Origin: Candidatus Hydrogenedentota bacterium
GTDB taxonomy: Bacteria; Hydrogenedentota; Hydrogenedentia; Hydrogenedentales; GCA-2746185
Length of the DNA: 44,719 nt
Direction: 5' to 3'
Assembly: GCA_046583315.1 (NCBI GenBank)
Contig: JAYGCN010000210.1
Coordinates: 1-44,719 of the forward strand
The notes below the pieces were generated by a model. It ran no database searches and had not been told where the DNA came from. It saw only the letters and a program-made list of their open reading frames with translations. The position numbers and the translations under genes are program-made. Positions 19,814 to 29,079 of the stretch are shown here, in pieces (position 1 is the stretch's first letter; every line of letters begins with the position of its first letter).

Positions 19814-19937
19814 CGTTCAATATCTCCAAACTTCAATCTGTGCCGCGTAATGAAGCACATCAGTATCTACCAGTTGATGCTTCTATGACTATGTTCGGAG
19901 TGAAACGGTTTACTGTCGGCGCGCCTGTGTGCAAAAA

Positions 19938-20423
19938 TTACAGGGTGCCGGTGTCTATGGTGACTTTACTGCCTTTGCCGCCTTTTTTGGCTTCAACGAC
20001 GAGCAGGAATCCGTCGTCATTGCTGTAGCCGATGATGGTGTTGCCCTTTTGGGCCATGTTCATGTCTTCAGTCCATCCCTTTTCCGGATAGACTTTCATG
20101 TAGAAGTTCTGCACCTTGTCCACGTTCAGTTTCGTGTCCGCTTCGAGATGATACTGTTTCGATGCTTCGTCTTTCATGACTGCGGCGGTCAGTGTAAGTT
20201 CCGGCGGCACCTCAACCAGTCCAACGAGCGCTTTGGGCATCGGGACGCCTTCAGGTTCAGCGGGTTCCGTCGTCTCGGCCGTATCTTCCGGCGTGCTGGT
20301 TGCTTCCGGTTCTGACGCGGTCTCGATCGCTTCCGGTTCGGCAGTGGGTTCGTCCGTAGACTGTCCACAACCAACAATAATGGTCGTCGTGATAAGCAAT
20401 GCGAATAACAAGCGGTACATCAT
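19938..20423 (-). CDS. Hypothetical lipoprotein
   Basis: Lipobox IVGC followed by an E/P/T-rich linker and a small globular domain. Confidence 0.7.
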   Translation of the reverse strand: MMYRLLFALLITTTIIVGCGQSTDEPTAEPEAIETASEPEATSTPEDTAETTEPAEPEGVPMPKALVGLVEVPPELTLTAAVMKDEASKQYHLEADTKLNVDKVQNFYMKVYPEKGWTEDMNMAQKGNTIIGYSNDDGFLLVVEAKKGGKGSKVTIDTGTL

Positions 20424-20465
20424 GATACGTTCCTTTTCTAATTGGTCAAGACAGTGTGCCGGCGA

Positions 20466-20906
20466 CTAGCCACCGAGCACCTGCTGACAGATCGTGTTCA
20501 ACATTTTGCCGTCGGCGGCATCGCCCAGTTCTTTTTTCATGGCACCCGTCAACCGACCCGCGTGATTGATCTCGGGATGATCGGTCAGATACGCGTGTAC
20601 TTTGGCTTCCAGATCTTCAGCGGACAATTGTTGCGGAAGAAACGATTCCAGAATGACAATCTCCTGTTTCGTGACATCTACGACATCGTCTTTGCCGAGT
20701 TCCTGATAGGTCTCGATACTTTGCTGTCGTTTTTTTACTTCTGAACGCAGGATGGCAATTGACATATCGTCGGTCAGCTCACCGGTGCCGTCTTTTTCCT
20801 TGACCAGTAGCGCGCCTTTGGCCATGCGCAGGCAATCGAGCCGCAAGGTTTCCCTGTTGCGCAGGGCATCCTTCATGGCGTCCTGAATTTCTTGTTTGAT
20901 GCTCAC
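20466..20906 (-). CDS. GatB/YqeY domain protein
   Basis: MKDALR, VKKRQQSIETY, EIVILESFLPQQLS, ADGK motifs. Confidence 0.9.
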   Translation of the reverse strand: MSIKQEIQDAMKDALRNRETLRLDCLRMAKGALLVKEKDGTGELTDDMSIAILRSEVKKRQQSIETYQELGKDDVVDVTKQEIVILESFLPQQLSAEDLEAKVHAYLTDHPEINHAGRLTGAMKKELGDAADGKMLNTICQQVLGG

Positions 20907-21119
20907 CGGGTTGGTCCTCCGTGTACTAAAATGGGTTTCGAGGCGACGTTATCACCTCGATGCAAAATAGATGCTGGCATTGTAGCAATTCTTTGCCAGC
21001 CATGTCGCGAGGAAACTAGAAAAAGCGTCTGTTTTGCATCAAAATTGCGAAGGTCTTGTGAAGGACTCCATCCCTAAGGTTGCTCCTAAACCGCAACCCA
21101 CGTGTCAGGAGGCCCGCAC

Positions 21120-21518
21120 ATGAGACCCGTATTAACCAAGCGCAATCAGCATTTGTTTACAAAAACGCTTGCCGATAAGAGGGGTTTTCTGCCCGCACAA
21201 CGACTCGGTTCGCAGGCCGGCGACTTCGTGTTGGACGGACTCAACAACAAGCACAATCCATGGTTCGAAACGGAAGAGGAGGTTGAAGAGGGGCTGGCCT
21301 ATGGAGCAGAAAAGGCCGAAAAATTCGCTCAGGTTCGGGAGCTGATGGAGGCCATCTTGAGCGTCGATGAACGTGTGACAATGGAGTTGCGCTTTGTTCA
21401 CGACCTGTCGTATCGCGAAATCGGGCGCATCATGGATCGCAACGCCTCGACCATTTTTCGTCGGGTAAATCGATCGCTCAAGAAGATTCGCAGACGTTTG
21501 GGGACAGAGGCAGAGTGA
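21120..21518 (+). CDS. Sigma70 region-4-type HTH protein
   Basis: LSVDER...LRFVHDLSYREIG..M....STIFRRVNRSLKKIR; AGGAGG RBS before ATG 21120; no region 2. Confidence 0.75.
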   Translation: MRPVLTKRNQHLFTKTLADKRGFLPAQRLGSQAGDFVLDGLNNKHNPWFETEEEVEEGLAYGAEKAEKFAQVRELMEAILSVDERVTMELRFVHDLSYREIGRIMDRNASTIFRRVNRSLKKIRRRLGTEAE

Positions 21519-21529
21519 TGCGTGTGACC

Positions 21530-22054
21530 TTACTCAGCCAGTGCAGAATGGAAGCGTACCAGCGTCTTGGCAAGGTCCTTGATGCGAGATTTCAGATCGT
21601 CGTCCGCGAGGCCGTCGCCGGAGAACGCTTCGCCCTGGGCATAGACGAAACGCGGCACGATCACGGAGCGGAAATCGAGCATCAGATGGTTCGCGAGGCC
21701 CATGATCGCCATGTACGAGCCTTGACCACCCGCAGCGCACAGGAATCCCACCACCTTGCCAGTCCAGTTCTGCCCGGTGAGCTCGACGAGATTCTTGGCT
21801 GCGGCACTGCACGAATAGTTGTAAATGGGCGTGGCCACCAGGATACCCTCGGCATCGGCTATCAGTGCGGCAACATCTTGCGTATTGGGATCGGAATAGC
21901 AATCGGCCGCGTCGCAGATGGGTAGCGGGGTCTCTGCCAGATCGAGCCATTGCGTATCCACACCGCACTGTTGCAGGTCTTCCAGTGCCAGACGCGCCAT
22001 CGTGCGACTGAGACTGTCGGGTTTCAAGCTGGTGCTGATGACGAGATAGGCCAT
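21530..22054 (-). CDS. NADPH-dependent FMN reductase
   Basis: STSLKPDS, ATPIYN, KNLVE and AAGG motifs of the flavodoxin-like FMN reductase family. Confidence 0.88.
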   Translation of the reverse strand: MAYLVISTSLKPDSLSRTMARLALEDLQQCGVDTQWLDLAETPLPICDAADCYSDPNTQDVAALIADAEGILVATPIYNYSCSAAAKNLVELTGQNWTGKVVGFLCAAGGQGSYMAIMGLANHLMLDFRSVIVPRFVYAQGEAFSGDGLADDDLKSRIKDLAKTLVRFHSALAE

Positions 22055-22072
22055 GAGACAGTTCCTGTAGAG

Positions 22073-23017
22073 TTAATCGTTTTCTGTGAGAATGCCATCG
22101 GGTCGCACCACCGCGCGGGTCAAGTTGGTGGTCTGACTGATGGTCGAGCCATCGAGCACAACGCATTGTTCGAGTCGAATAGGGTTTTCGATGGTGACAT
22201 TGTTGCCCACGACGGTATCGATGAGCTCCACACCGTCGGCGAGCGAACAATCATTGCCCACAATGGATGTTTCGCCCGTTTTCTGGAGCTCGTGGGTGCA
22301 ACAATGAATGAGATCGCCGATAAACGTGACGTTAATGTCCCATTGCACGACTTCCGCGACGTGTACGGGATATTCATAATCGATCAGAATCTGGATGGAA
22401 TCGGTCAGCTCGTATTCGTCGCGCATCGCCGTACGCGGGGTGCGCCGAACAGCTTCAAAAATTCGGTCATCGAAAAGATAGAGGCCGCAGCCCTTGAGTT
22501 TATTCGGCACTTTGCGGGGTTTCTCGATCACGCGCCGGACCGATCCGTCCTCGGCCAAAATCACCGAGAAATTACGTTTGATGGCGTCGGGATCGTGCTC
22601 TTCTTTCACAGCCAACACGGCTGCGGCATCGGAGGATTCGAAAATCTCGATCATGGAAACCAAGTTTTCGACTTCGAAATAGATGTCCCCGAGCATCAAC
22701 AGAAAGGGTTTGTCGATATGTGGCTCCAATTGCCCGACGGCGTGGGCCAGACCGAGGCGTTCCTTCTGCTCGACATACTGCAATCGCACGCCGTAAGCCG
22801 ATCCGTCGCCCAGTGCCTCCCGAATGCGATCGCCCAAGTGTCCAATCACCACGATCACGTCTTCGATGCCCAACGCGCGCATCTGGTCGAGCTGATACCC
22901 GAGCAATGGCTTGTTGCATATCGGCGCAATCGGCTTGGGCACGTTCTCGCCAAAGGGGCCCATGCGCGATCCATGGCCCGCGGCCAGTATTACTCCTTGA
23001 ACTTGTCCAGTACCCAT
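22073..23017 (-). CDS. Sugar-1-phosphate nucleotidyltransferase (glucose-1-P thymidylyltransferase-like, long form)
   Basis: GVILAAGHGSRM, PKP, GLAHAV, LGD, IEKP, EYELTD motifs; C-terminal beta-helix. Confidence 0.85.
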   Translation of the reverse strand: MGTGQVQGVILAAGHGSRMGPFGENVPKPIAPICNKPLLGYQLDQMRALGIEDVIVVIGHLGDRIREALGDGSAYGVRLQYVEQKERLGLAHAVGQLEPHIDKPFLLMLGDIYFEVENLVSMIEIFESSDAAAVLAVKEEHDPDAIKRNFSVILAEDGSVRRVIEKPRKVPNKLKGCGLYLFDDRIFEAVRRTPRTAMRDEYELTDSIQILIDYEYPVHVAEVVQWDINVTFIGDLIHCCTHELQKTGETSIVGNDCSLADGVELIDTVVGNNVTIENPIRLEQCVVLDGSTISQTTNLTRAVVRPDGILTEND

Positions 23018-23115
23018 GCACTATACTCCGTTAAATGCCGTTATCGGGTCGTATTGTGGATTACCGACCTTGGACAGTGCAACTTTCGCGACACGCGGAT
23101 CGGAATGAACACGAA

Positions 23116-24066
23116 ATGAAAGCGCTTGTATTGGATGGCGAGGTGAAGCTGCAGGATGTCGCGATGCCTGAGCGTACGCCTCAGGAATCGCTCATTCGCG
23201 TGATTACAGCGGGCGTGTGCAACACCGATCTGGAATTGATGAAGGGGTACATGGGCTTTACCGGAACACTCGGACATGAATTCGTTGGTGTTGTAGAAGA
23301 ATCGGACACCGAATCGCTTGTCGGTAAACGCGTCGTGGGCGAAATCAATTGTGCGTGCCATCGCTGCAATTATTGTCAGCGGGAGATGCCCAATCATTGC
23401 ACGAACCGCACGGTACTGGGCATCTTGAATCGCCACGGGGCTTTCGCAGAGTACCTCACGCTACCGGATGAGAACCTGCACATCGTGCCGGACGCCATGG
23501 ACGACACGACGGCGGTCTTTACGGAGCCCGTGGCCGCCGCGCACCGGATTCTTGAACAAATCGAAATCGAGCAGAGTGATCGTGTGGTCGTTTTAGGCGC
23601 AGGAAAACTGGGCCAGCTCATCGCGCAGGTGCTAAGCCCGCACACAAAACACATGTTGTGCGTGGGTCGAAACGATTGGAAGCTGGAAATCTTGAAAGAG
23701 CTTGGAATCCCCACTGCGGATGTCTACGAACCGATGCAACGCAACCATGCCGACATTGTGGTGGATGCCACGGGTTCCTACGAAGGCTTCACGCGTGCCA
23801 TGGAGCTGGTGCGTCCGGAAGGCACCATCATTTTGAAAACGACGGTGACCCATCCCACAGCGCTGGAGATGAGCGTTCCGGTGATCAACGAAATTAGAGT
23901 CATCGGGTCGCGTTGCGGACCGTTTCGTCCAGCACTGGAATCCTTGGACACGAAAGCCGTCTCGGTATTGCCGCTGGTGTCCGAAACCTACAGTCTGGAC
24001 GAAGGGGTACACGGCCTTCGCCGCGCCAATGCCCGTGAAGTCATGAAGGTACTGATTCAGCTGTAG
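23116..24066 (+). CDS. Zn-dependent alcohol dehydrogenase (MDR family)
   Basis: GVCNTD, GHEFVG, CxxCxxC...C structural zinc site, GAGKLG; start ATG 23116. Confidence 0.9.
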   Translation: MKALVLDGEVKLQDVAMPERTPQESLIRVITAGVCNTDLELMKGYMGFTGTLGHEFVGVVEESDTESLVGKRVVGEINCACHRCNYCQREMPNHCTNRTVLGILNRHGAFAEYLTLPDENLHIVPDAMDDTTAVFTEPVAAAHRILEQIEIEQSDRVVVLGAGKLGQLIAQVLSPHTKHMLCVGRNDWKLEILKELGIPTADVYEPMQRNHADIVVDATGSYEGFTRAMELVRPEGTIILKTTVTHPTALEMSVPVINEIRVIGSRCGPFRPALESLDTKAVSVLPLVSETYSLDEGVHGLRRANAREVMKVLIQL

Positions 24067-24073
24067 GACACGC

Positions 24074-24241
24074 CTATTCGTTGGCGGCACCGGGCTCCAC
24101 GCCGAAAATTCCCGCGATATCGCCTATTAGTGGAAGGTCTGCGCCGAGTGCCGTGATGGCCACCGATCCGCCTACTACCAATACGACAATCGCTACCACG
24201 CCAGCCACAAATGCCCGAATTTTTACCATGGATACAGCCAT
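24074..24241 (-). CDS. Small membrane protein (55 aa; absent from the ORF track)
   Basis: Hand translation MAVSMVKIRAFVAGVVAIVVLVVGGSVAITALGADLPLIGDIAGIFGVEPGAANE*; AAGGA RBS; fits the gap downstream of the DJ-1 gene. Confidence 0.65.
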   Translation of the reverse strand: MAVSMVKIRAFVAGVVAIVVLVVGGSVAITALGADLPLIGDIAGIFGVEPGAANE

Positions 24242-24268
24242 CGGTTTTTCCTTTCCCCAAGGGGTGAT

Positions 24269-24817
24269 TTAGGTTCGCACCAAACCCGATTCGATCGTCT
24301 CTCGAACCGAGGCATCTCGCAATACTTCAATCAAGGTTAACGCAAAGTCCATCGCCGTGCCGGGACCGCGCGAAGTCACCACGTTGCCATCCCATTCGAC
24401 CGCTTCACCGGTAGAGGACACTTCCGGCGCAATGTCGTCGAGAAATCCGGGATAACTGGTCGCGCGTTTTCCGTCCAGTAGCCCCGCATGGGCCAAAACT
24501 CGCGGAGCGGCACAGATGGCACCAACGAGTCGCCCTTCGGCAACGTTTCGTTTAAGCAAGACATGGATACGCGGATCGTTGTCGAGGTTATCCGCCCCGG
24601 GCAAGCCGCCGGGCAACACGACAAGATCGAAGTTGTCATCCAACACATCAGCCAGGGCCGCGTCGGGAATAATGCGGGTGCCGCGACTGGCAGTGATGGC
24701 TTCTCCGCTCAGGCTCGCGATGGTCACGTCGATTTCCGCACGACGCAACACGTCCACAATGGTAATCAATTCCATTTCTTCGCTGCCGTCTGCAACGGGT
24801 ACCAACACCGTAGGCAT
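24269..24817 (-). CDS. DJ-1/PfpI family protein (YajL/ThiJ-like)
   Basis: GSEEME, LPGG.PG, AICAAP (catalytic Cys), TSRGPGTA. Confidence 0.92.
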   Translation of the reverse strand: MPTVLVPVADGSEEMELITIVDVLRRAEIDVTIASLSGEAITASRGTRIIPDAALADVLDDNFDLVVLPGGLPGADNLDNDPRIHVLLKRNVAEGRLVGAICAAPRVLAHAGLLDGKRATSYPGFLDDIAPEVSSTGEAVEWDGNVVTSRGPGTAMDFALTLIEVLRDASVRETIESGLVRT

Positions 24818-24935
24818 AGGAAGTCTCCTCGTCCGTCCAATGGACCCAGTCTAGTGTAGATGCGGCGCAGAATCAACTTGGCGGCACTCACGAAAAAAAG
24901 GGTACACTAGACGCATCATCAGAAGGAGAAATGCT

Positions 24936-26408
24936 GTGAATAGTCGTCGATCCGTTGGCTGGAGTTGGCTCGTTGCCGTGCTGGGGATTGTTGCGCCAAG
25001 TGTCGCACAGGAATCGGTCGAATTGACGCTGGGAGATAGGCCGCAGCTGTTTGTCGATCACCATTTCATCGAGTCGATTGAAGGCGACGCGCGGCTGAAA
25101 TTGTGGGAACCACGGGCAAGCGAATCGGTGTTGACCTTCGACAAGCCCTGGGAGGGCCGCTACTGTGGATACGCCACGGTGCTGCATGATGATGATCGTT
25201 ATCGACTGTATTATCGTGGATTGCCCGAAGCCGGAAAAGACGGCTCGGACACGGAGACCACGTGTTACGCGGAAAGCACGGATGGCATCCATTGGACGAA
25301 ACCCGATCTGGGTATCCACGAAATAGACGGAAGCACCGAGAACAATGTTGTACTCATGGGGCAGGCACCCTTCTCGCACAATTTTTCACCGTTTATTGAC
25401 ACGCGACCCGGCGTACCCGCATCGGAACGCTACAAGGCGATGGCGGGCACACTGGAATCGAAACTTGTCCCCTTCGTCTCGCCCGATGGACTTCACTGGA
25501 GCAAAATCACTGAAGAGCCCGCCATCACCAAGGGCGCCTTCGATTCGCAAAATATCGCGTTCTGGTCGGAGTCGGAGCAATTGTATCTGTGTTACTTTCG
25601 CGTATGGTCCGAAGGCGATTTTCGAGGCTATCGATCCATTGCGCGGGCCACCTCGACCGATTTTATCCATTGGACCGAGCCAATTGAAATGACTTACAGC
25701 GACACGCCGCGTGAGCACCTGTACACCAATCAGACGCAGCCCTATTTTCGCGATCCAAGTCTTTATGTGGCCATTGCCGCGCGGTTTATGCCTGGACGTC
25801 GTGTGGTCGATCCCGCGCAATTCGAGGCTCTGGGCGGTCAGGCCAGCTATTCGGGCGATTGCTCGGATACGGTGTTGATGACCTCGCGGGGCGGCACGCA
25901 GTATGCCCGCACCTTCATGGAAGGCTTCGTGCGTCCGGGCATCGGATTGAACAATTGGAGTTCGCGTACGAATTATCCCGCGCTCGGTCTTGTTCCGACG
26001 GGTCCAGAAGAAATGTCGTTTTATATTCAGCGCAATTACGGGCAAACAACGCATTATCTGCAACGCATGACCTTACGCACCGATGGTTTCGTCTCGGTTC
26101 ACGGTGCCTACACAGGCGGCGTGTTGCATACCAAACCCTTCGTGCTGGACCGAAACGAGCTCGTGTTGAATTTTTCGACTTCGGCGGCGGGAACGGTGCG
26201 CGTGGAGTTACGCACGCTGGATGGCGAGCGCATTCCAGGATTCACGCGTGGTAAATGTGACGAGATCCTCGGCGACCAAATCGAACGCGTCGTAACGTGG
26301 GGCGGGGAATCCGATCTGTCCGCATTGACCGGAAAAACCCTTCGCATGTCGGTGTATCTGAACGACGCGGATCTCTTTTCTGTTCGTTGTCGAAATAGAA
26401 AGGGCTGA
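24936..26408 (+). CDS. Secreted beta-propeller glycoside-hydrolase-like protein
   Basis: Signal peptide; QLFVD, KPWEG, repeated S.DG.HW, FDSQN, LRTDGF motifs; substrate unknown. Confidence 0.65.
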   Translation: MNSRRSVGWSWLVAVLGIVAPSVAQESVELTLGDRPQLFVDHHFIESIEGDARLKLWEPRASESVLTFDKPWEGRYCGYATVLHDDDRYRLYYRGLPEAGKDGSDTETTCYAESTDGIHWTKPDLGIHEIDGSTENNVVLMGQAPFSHNFSPFIDTRPGVPASERYKAMAGTLESKLVPFVSPDGLHWSKITEEPAITKGAFDSQNIAFWSESEQLYLCYFRVWSEGDFRGYRSIARATSTDFIHWTEPIEMTYSDTPREHLYTNQTQPYFRDPSLYVAIAARFMPGRRVVDPAQFEALGGQASYSGDCSDTVLMTSRGGTQYARTFMEGFVRPGIGLNNWSSRTNYPALGLVPTGPEEMSFYIQRNYGQTTHYLQRMTLRTDGFVSVHGAYTGGVLHTKPFVLDRNELVLNFSTSAAGTVRVELRTLDGERIPGFTRGKCDEILGDQIERVVTWGGESDLSALTGKTLRMSVYLNDADLFSVRCRNRKG

Positions 26409-26412
26409 GTCG

Positions 26413-26724
26413 ATGGAAAAGAAGTCGCTTCCTCATCAAAAGATCGTCTTCGTGTGTTGCAACCAACGCGAAGAGGGCGAACGCGTTTGTTGTGCATCGC
26501 GCGATAGTCAGGCGCTGCGTGATCGCATGAAGCAATTGGTCAAGGAGCGGGGTTACCGAACCCGCATCCGCATCAGCCAGTCCGGGTGCATGGATCGCTG
26601 CGAAGAGGGTGCCAATGTGATGATTTTTCCTGACAACGAATGGCTTTCGCACGTGGTGCTCGAAGATGCTGAGGGATTGGTGGACCGCATCATCGGCGAT
26701 CTGGAAAATGAGGACAGTCCATAA
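26413..26724 (+). CDS. Thioredoxin-like [2Fe-2S] ferredoxin
   Basis: FVCCNQR...CC...GCMDRC..G...FPD..W pattern. Confidence 0.85.
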   Translation: MEKKSLPHQKIVFVCCNQREEGERVCCASRDSQALRDRMKQLVKERGYRTRIRISQSGCMDRCEEGANVMIFPDNEWLSHVVLEDAEGLVDRIIGDLENEDSP

Positions 26725-26758
26725 AAAAACCGCCTGTGCCCAGATGAGCACAAGCGGT
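26723..26758 (-). terminator. Intrinsic terminator for the TlpA-family gene
   Basis: Minus strand ACCGCTTGTGC-loop-GCACAGGCGGT followed by a T-run. Confidence 0.8.
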
Positions 26759-26773
26759 GGATTCGCTACTTTT

Positions 26774-27988
26774 TTAGTCTTTTGTAAGCTCTTCCAAATC
26801 CGCGCGCACTTCTTCTTCGTATTTCGGTGTCACGCCCAGATGCACCTTCTTCACTGTTCCGTCTTTGCCGATCATGATCATCAGCGGAATCGAACTGGCC
26901 ATATACGGTTCGGAGGTATCGCCGTTAGAATCCAATACCACATTGAGATCCTTCATTTCCGTGCTTTCCAGAAACGCGTTCACCTGCTCAGGAGTATCTC
27001 TGAGGTTAACGGCATAGAGGCGCACGTCTTTATCGGCGAATTCTTTGGATACCTTGTTTAGTATCGGCATGCCCAGGCGGCACGGTCCGCACCACGTCGC
27101 CCAGAAGTCTAGGATTACGATTTCATTATCTTTCTTCGAGGCCAAATCAAAGGGCTGCCCATCAAGTTGTGTCAGCGAGATTGCAGGGGCCACTTTGCCG
27201 ATCAACACTTCGGCAGGAGGGGGCGGTTGTTTGCGATAGAACTGGGCGACTTTTTCGATGCCCTCAATTGGCTCATAGAGCAGCGATTCGTCGGTCACTT
27301 CATTGGGTTGCCAGTGCAGTACGTTTAGGCCGACATAATACTTCTTCACTTCGCCCCCGCGTTCTTTGAGACTTTCTTCAACGGCCGACAGGTTGGGCAC
27401 GACCTTGTGCACAAGGGCTTCATCGCCCTGCTGAATCCAGATGTCGCAGGTGAAGTCCGCGTAGTCGAAACGAACGATGTCGCACAATATGCCGTTCACT
27501 TCTTCTTCGCCAATATGTTGGATGGCCTTCTCGCTGGTCAATACACTGCCTAGCGGAACCTCCTTGGTGAATTCGCCCATGATGGCAATCGCAGGCAGAA
27601 TCGTTCCAATCGACGCACCGCGCAACAGATTGTAGGGTAAGGTTCCTTTCTTGGTCACCTGCACCTGCTCGTACTCAGGTACATATTTTGTCGTGGTACT
27701 CGATGTGGTATAAAAGTGGATTTCAGAATACCGGCTGTTCATGTGAACCGAGGCTTCCATCGGGCGCCGAAAGGCTAGCGTGTAGTCCGTAATGAACTGC
27801 TCCTTATCGTCATCGACTTCAAAATCCACATCGACTTCAAAATCCACCGTGAATCCGTTGAGGCGCGCGGCAAAGTCCGATGCGCGACGAAGAATCGGTT
27901 TTCCGTCCGCCGTATCCTGCGCAATTGCGGTAGTCGCCATGATGGCCAGCGCTGGCGCCAGCAATGTTAGTGTTCTCAAAATTCTCAT
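26774..27988 (-). CDS. Exported TlpA-like thiol:disulfide oxidoreductase with N-terminal LolA-like (DUF2092-like) domain
   Basis: Signal peptide; C-terminal DFWATWCGPC and SIP motifs; N-terminal domain call is weaker; start probably ATG 27988. Confidence 0.8.
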   Translation of the reverse strand: MRILRTLTLLAPALAIMATTAIAQDTADGKPILRRASDFAARLNGFTVDFEVDVDFEVDDDKEQFITDYTLAFRRPMEASVHMNSRYSEIHFYTTSSTTTKYVPEYEQVQVTKKGTLPYNLLRGASIGTILPAIAIMGEFTKEVPLGSVLTSEKAIQHIGEEEVNGILCDIVRFDYADFTCDIWIQQGDEALVHKVVPNLSAVEESLKERGGEVKKYYVGLNVLHWQPNEVTDESLLYEPIEGIEKVAQFYRKQPPPPAEVLIGKVAPAISLTQLDGQPFDLASKKDNEIVILDFWATWCGPCRLGMPILNKVSKEFADKDVRLYAVNLRDTPEQVNAFLESTEMKDLNVVLDSNGDTSEPYMASSIPLMIMIGKDGTVKKVHLGVTPKYEEEVRADLEELTKD

Positions 27989-28174
27989 TCTAATTCCCTT
28001 CAAAAAAATGCCCGGCTCGAGGTCGTATGACCGTAGAGGCCACCATTATATATCATGTATTCACTTCGTGGAAAATGTAGTTCACTAATTCAAAATACGT
28101 GCCCAACGGGAGATAACTCGCGGAAACCACAAATCGACGGGGTTCAATCCTATAATCTATTGTATATGAACAGG

Positions 28175-29074
28175 TTATGATACATTCGGAAAGTGGGCGT
28201 TTACGGGATCGGCGTGATCACTCGGCGGTTTCACGCGCTCGTTGTTTCTGGTATTTCGCTTCTTCCCGTCGATGAATGTTCGATATCCTTCTGGATCGAT
28301 GAATGGATTCGTGCCTGCATCCACCGCGCGAGCGTTCATCTTTTCCACCATATTGTACATGGATGGGTGTTGTGCAAGAAAAACGTCTACCTCAAGATTC
28401 GACAATACTTGAAAGGTTTTCGCGTAATCCTCAAGAATGCCCGGATGCCGCGTATTTCCCACGAGGTTGACACCGCCGTTTATGCTGGTGCCGCCGATAA
28501 AAATGACGTTGTATTTCTTGCCCCTATCCTCGATGCTCATCGTCCAGGTCGTACAACCCTTGGTATGGCCAGGCGTATGATGCGCGGTCAATTCTACGCC
28601 TCCCAGTGTTACGACATCGCCATCCTTGAGTACGCGGTCAATCTCCACTGCTTCCCAGCCGTCTCCGCCGAGCGCTGAATTGTCCACGCCGTTGGAAATT
28701 GCTTCGGCATCTTCTCCGAGGGCGGCAATCGTTGCGCCGGTGCGCCGCTTCATTTCGGCGTGGCCTTCAACGTGATCCCAGTGCGCGTGGCTGGACAGAA
28801 TCACCTTTACGTTTTTGATGCTGAATCCCAGCGTCTCGATATTCCTCTTGATTTGAGGCACCATAAGCGTCGTACCCGTATCCATCAGAATGAGTCCTTC
28901 GTCAGTCGCAATGATGTGGGATGAAATTCCGGACGCGCCGACGTAGTAAATGTTCTCGATGACGTTGTAAGGCTCGACCGGTTGGCTCCAACGCATGCGA
29001 ATGCCATCAACCCCCTGCGCCTGTGCAAACGAGGTGACAAACAAAAGGATTCCAACCACAAAAACATTCTTCAT
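28175..29074 (-). CDS. Subclass B3 metallo-beta-lactamase
   Basis: Signal peptide; NIYYVG, SHAHWDH, TPGHTKGCTTW, AQHP; GAAGGAG RBS before ATG 29074; C-terminus probably frameshifted. Confidence 0.88.
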   Translation of the reverse strand: MKNVFVVGILLFVTSFAQAQGVDGIRMRWSQPVEPYNVIENIYYVGASGISSHIIATDEGLILMDTGTTLMVPQIKRNIETLGFSIKNVKVILSSHAHWDHVEGHAEMKRRTGATIAALGEDAEAISNGVDNSALGGDGWEAVEIDRVLKDGDVVTLGGVELTAHHTPGHTKGCTTWTMSIEDRGKKYNVIFIGGTSINGGVNLVGNTRHPGILEDYAKTFQVLSNLEVDVFLAQHPSMYNMVEKMNARAVDAGTNPFIDPEGYRTFIDGKKRNTRNNERVKPPSDHADPVNAHFPNVS

Positions 29075-29079
29075 TGGTC

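Noticed and set aside
20983..20998. Sigma54 promoter-like TGGCA...TTGC on the minus strand upstream of the YqeY gene
   Set aside because: The GG-to-GC spacing is 9 nt rather than the strictly required 10.
21950..23119. 389-aa plus-strand ORF
   Set aside because: Antisense shadow of the nucleotidyltransferase gene; no motifs.
24057..24272. Track ORFs 24057-24260(-) and 24081-24272(+)
   Set aside because: Low-complexity alternative frames; the 55-aa frame 24074-24241(-) has the RBS and a protein-like pattern.
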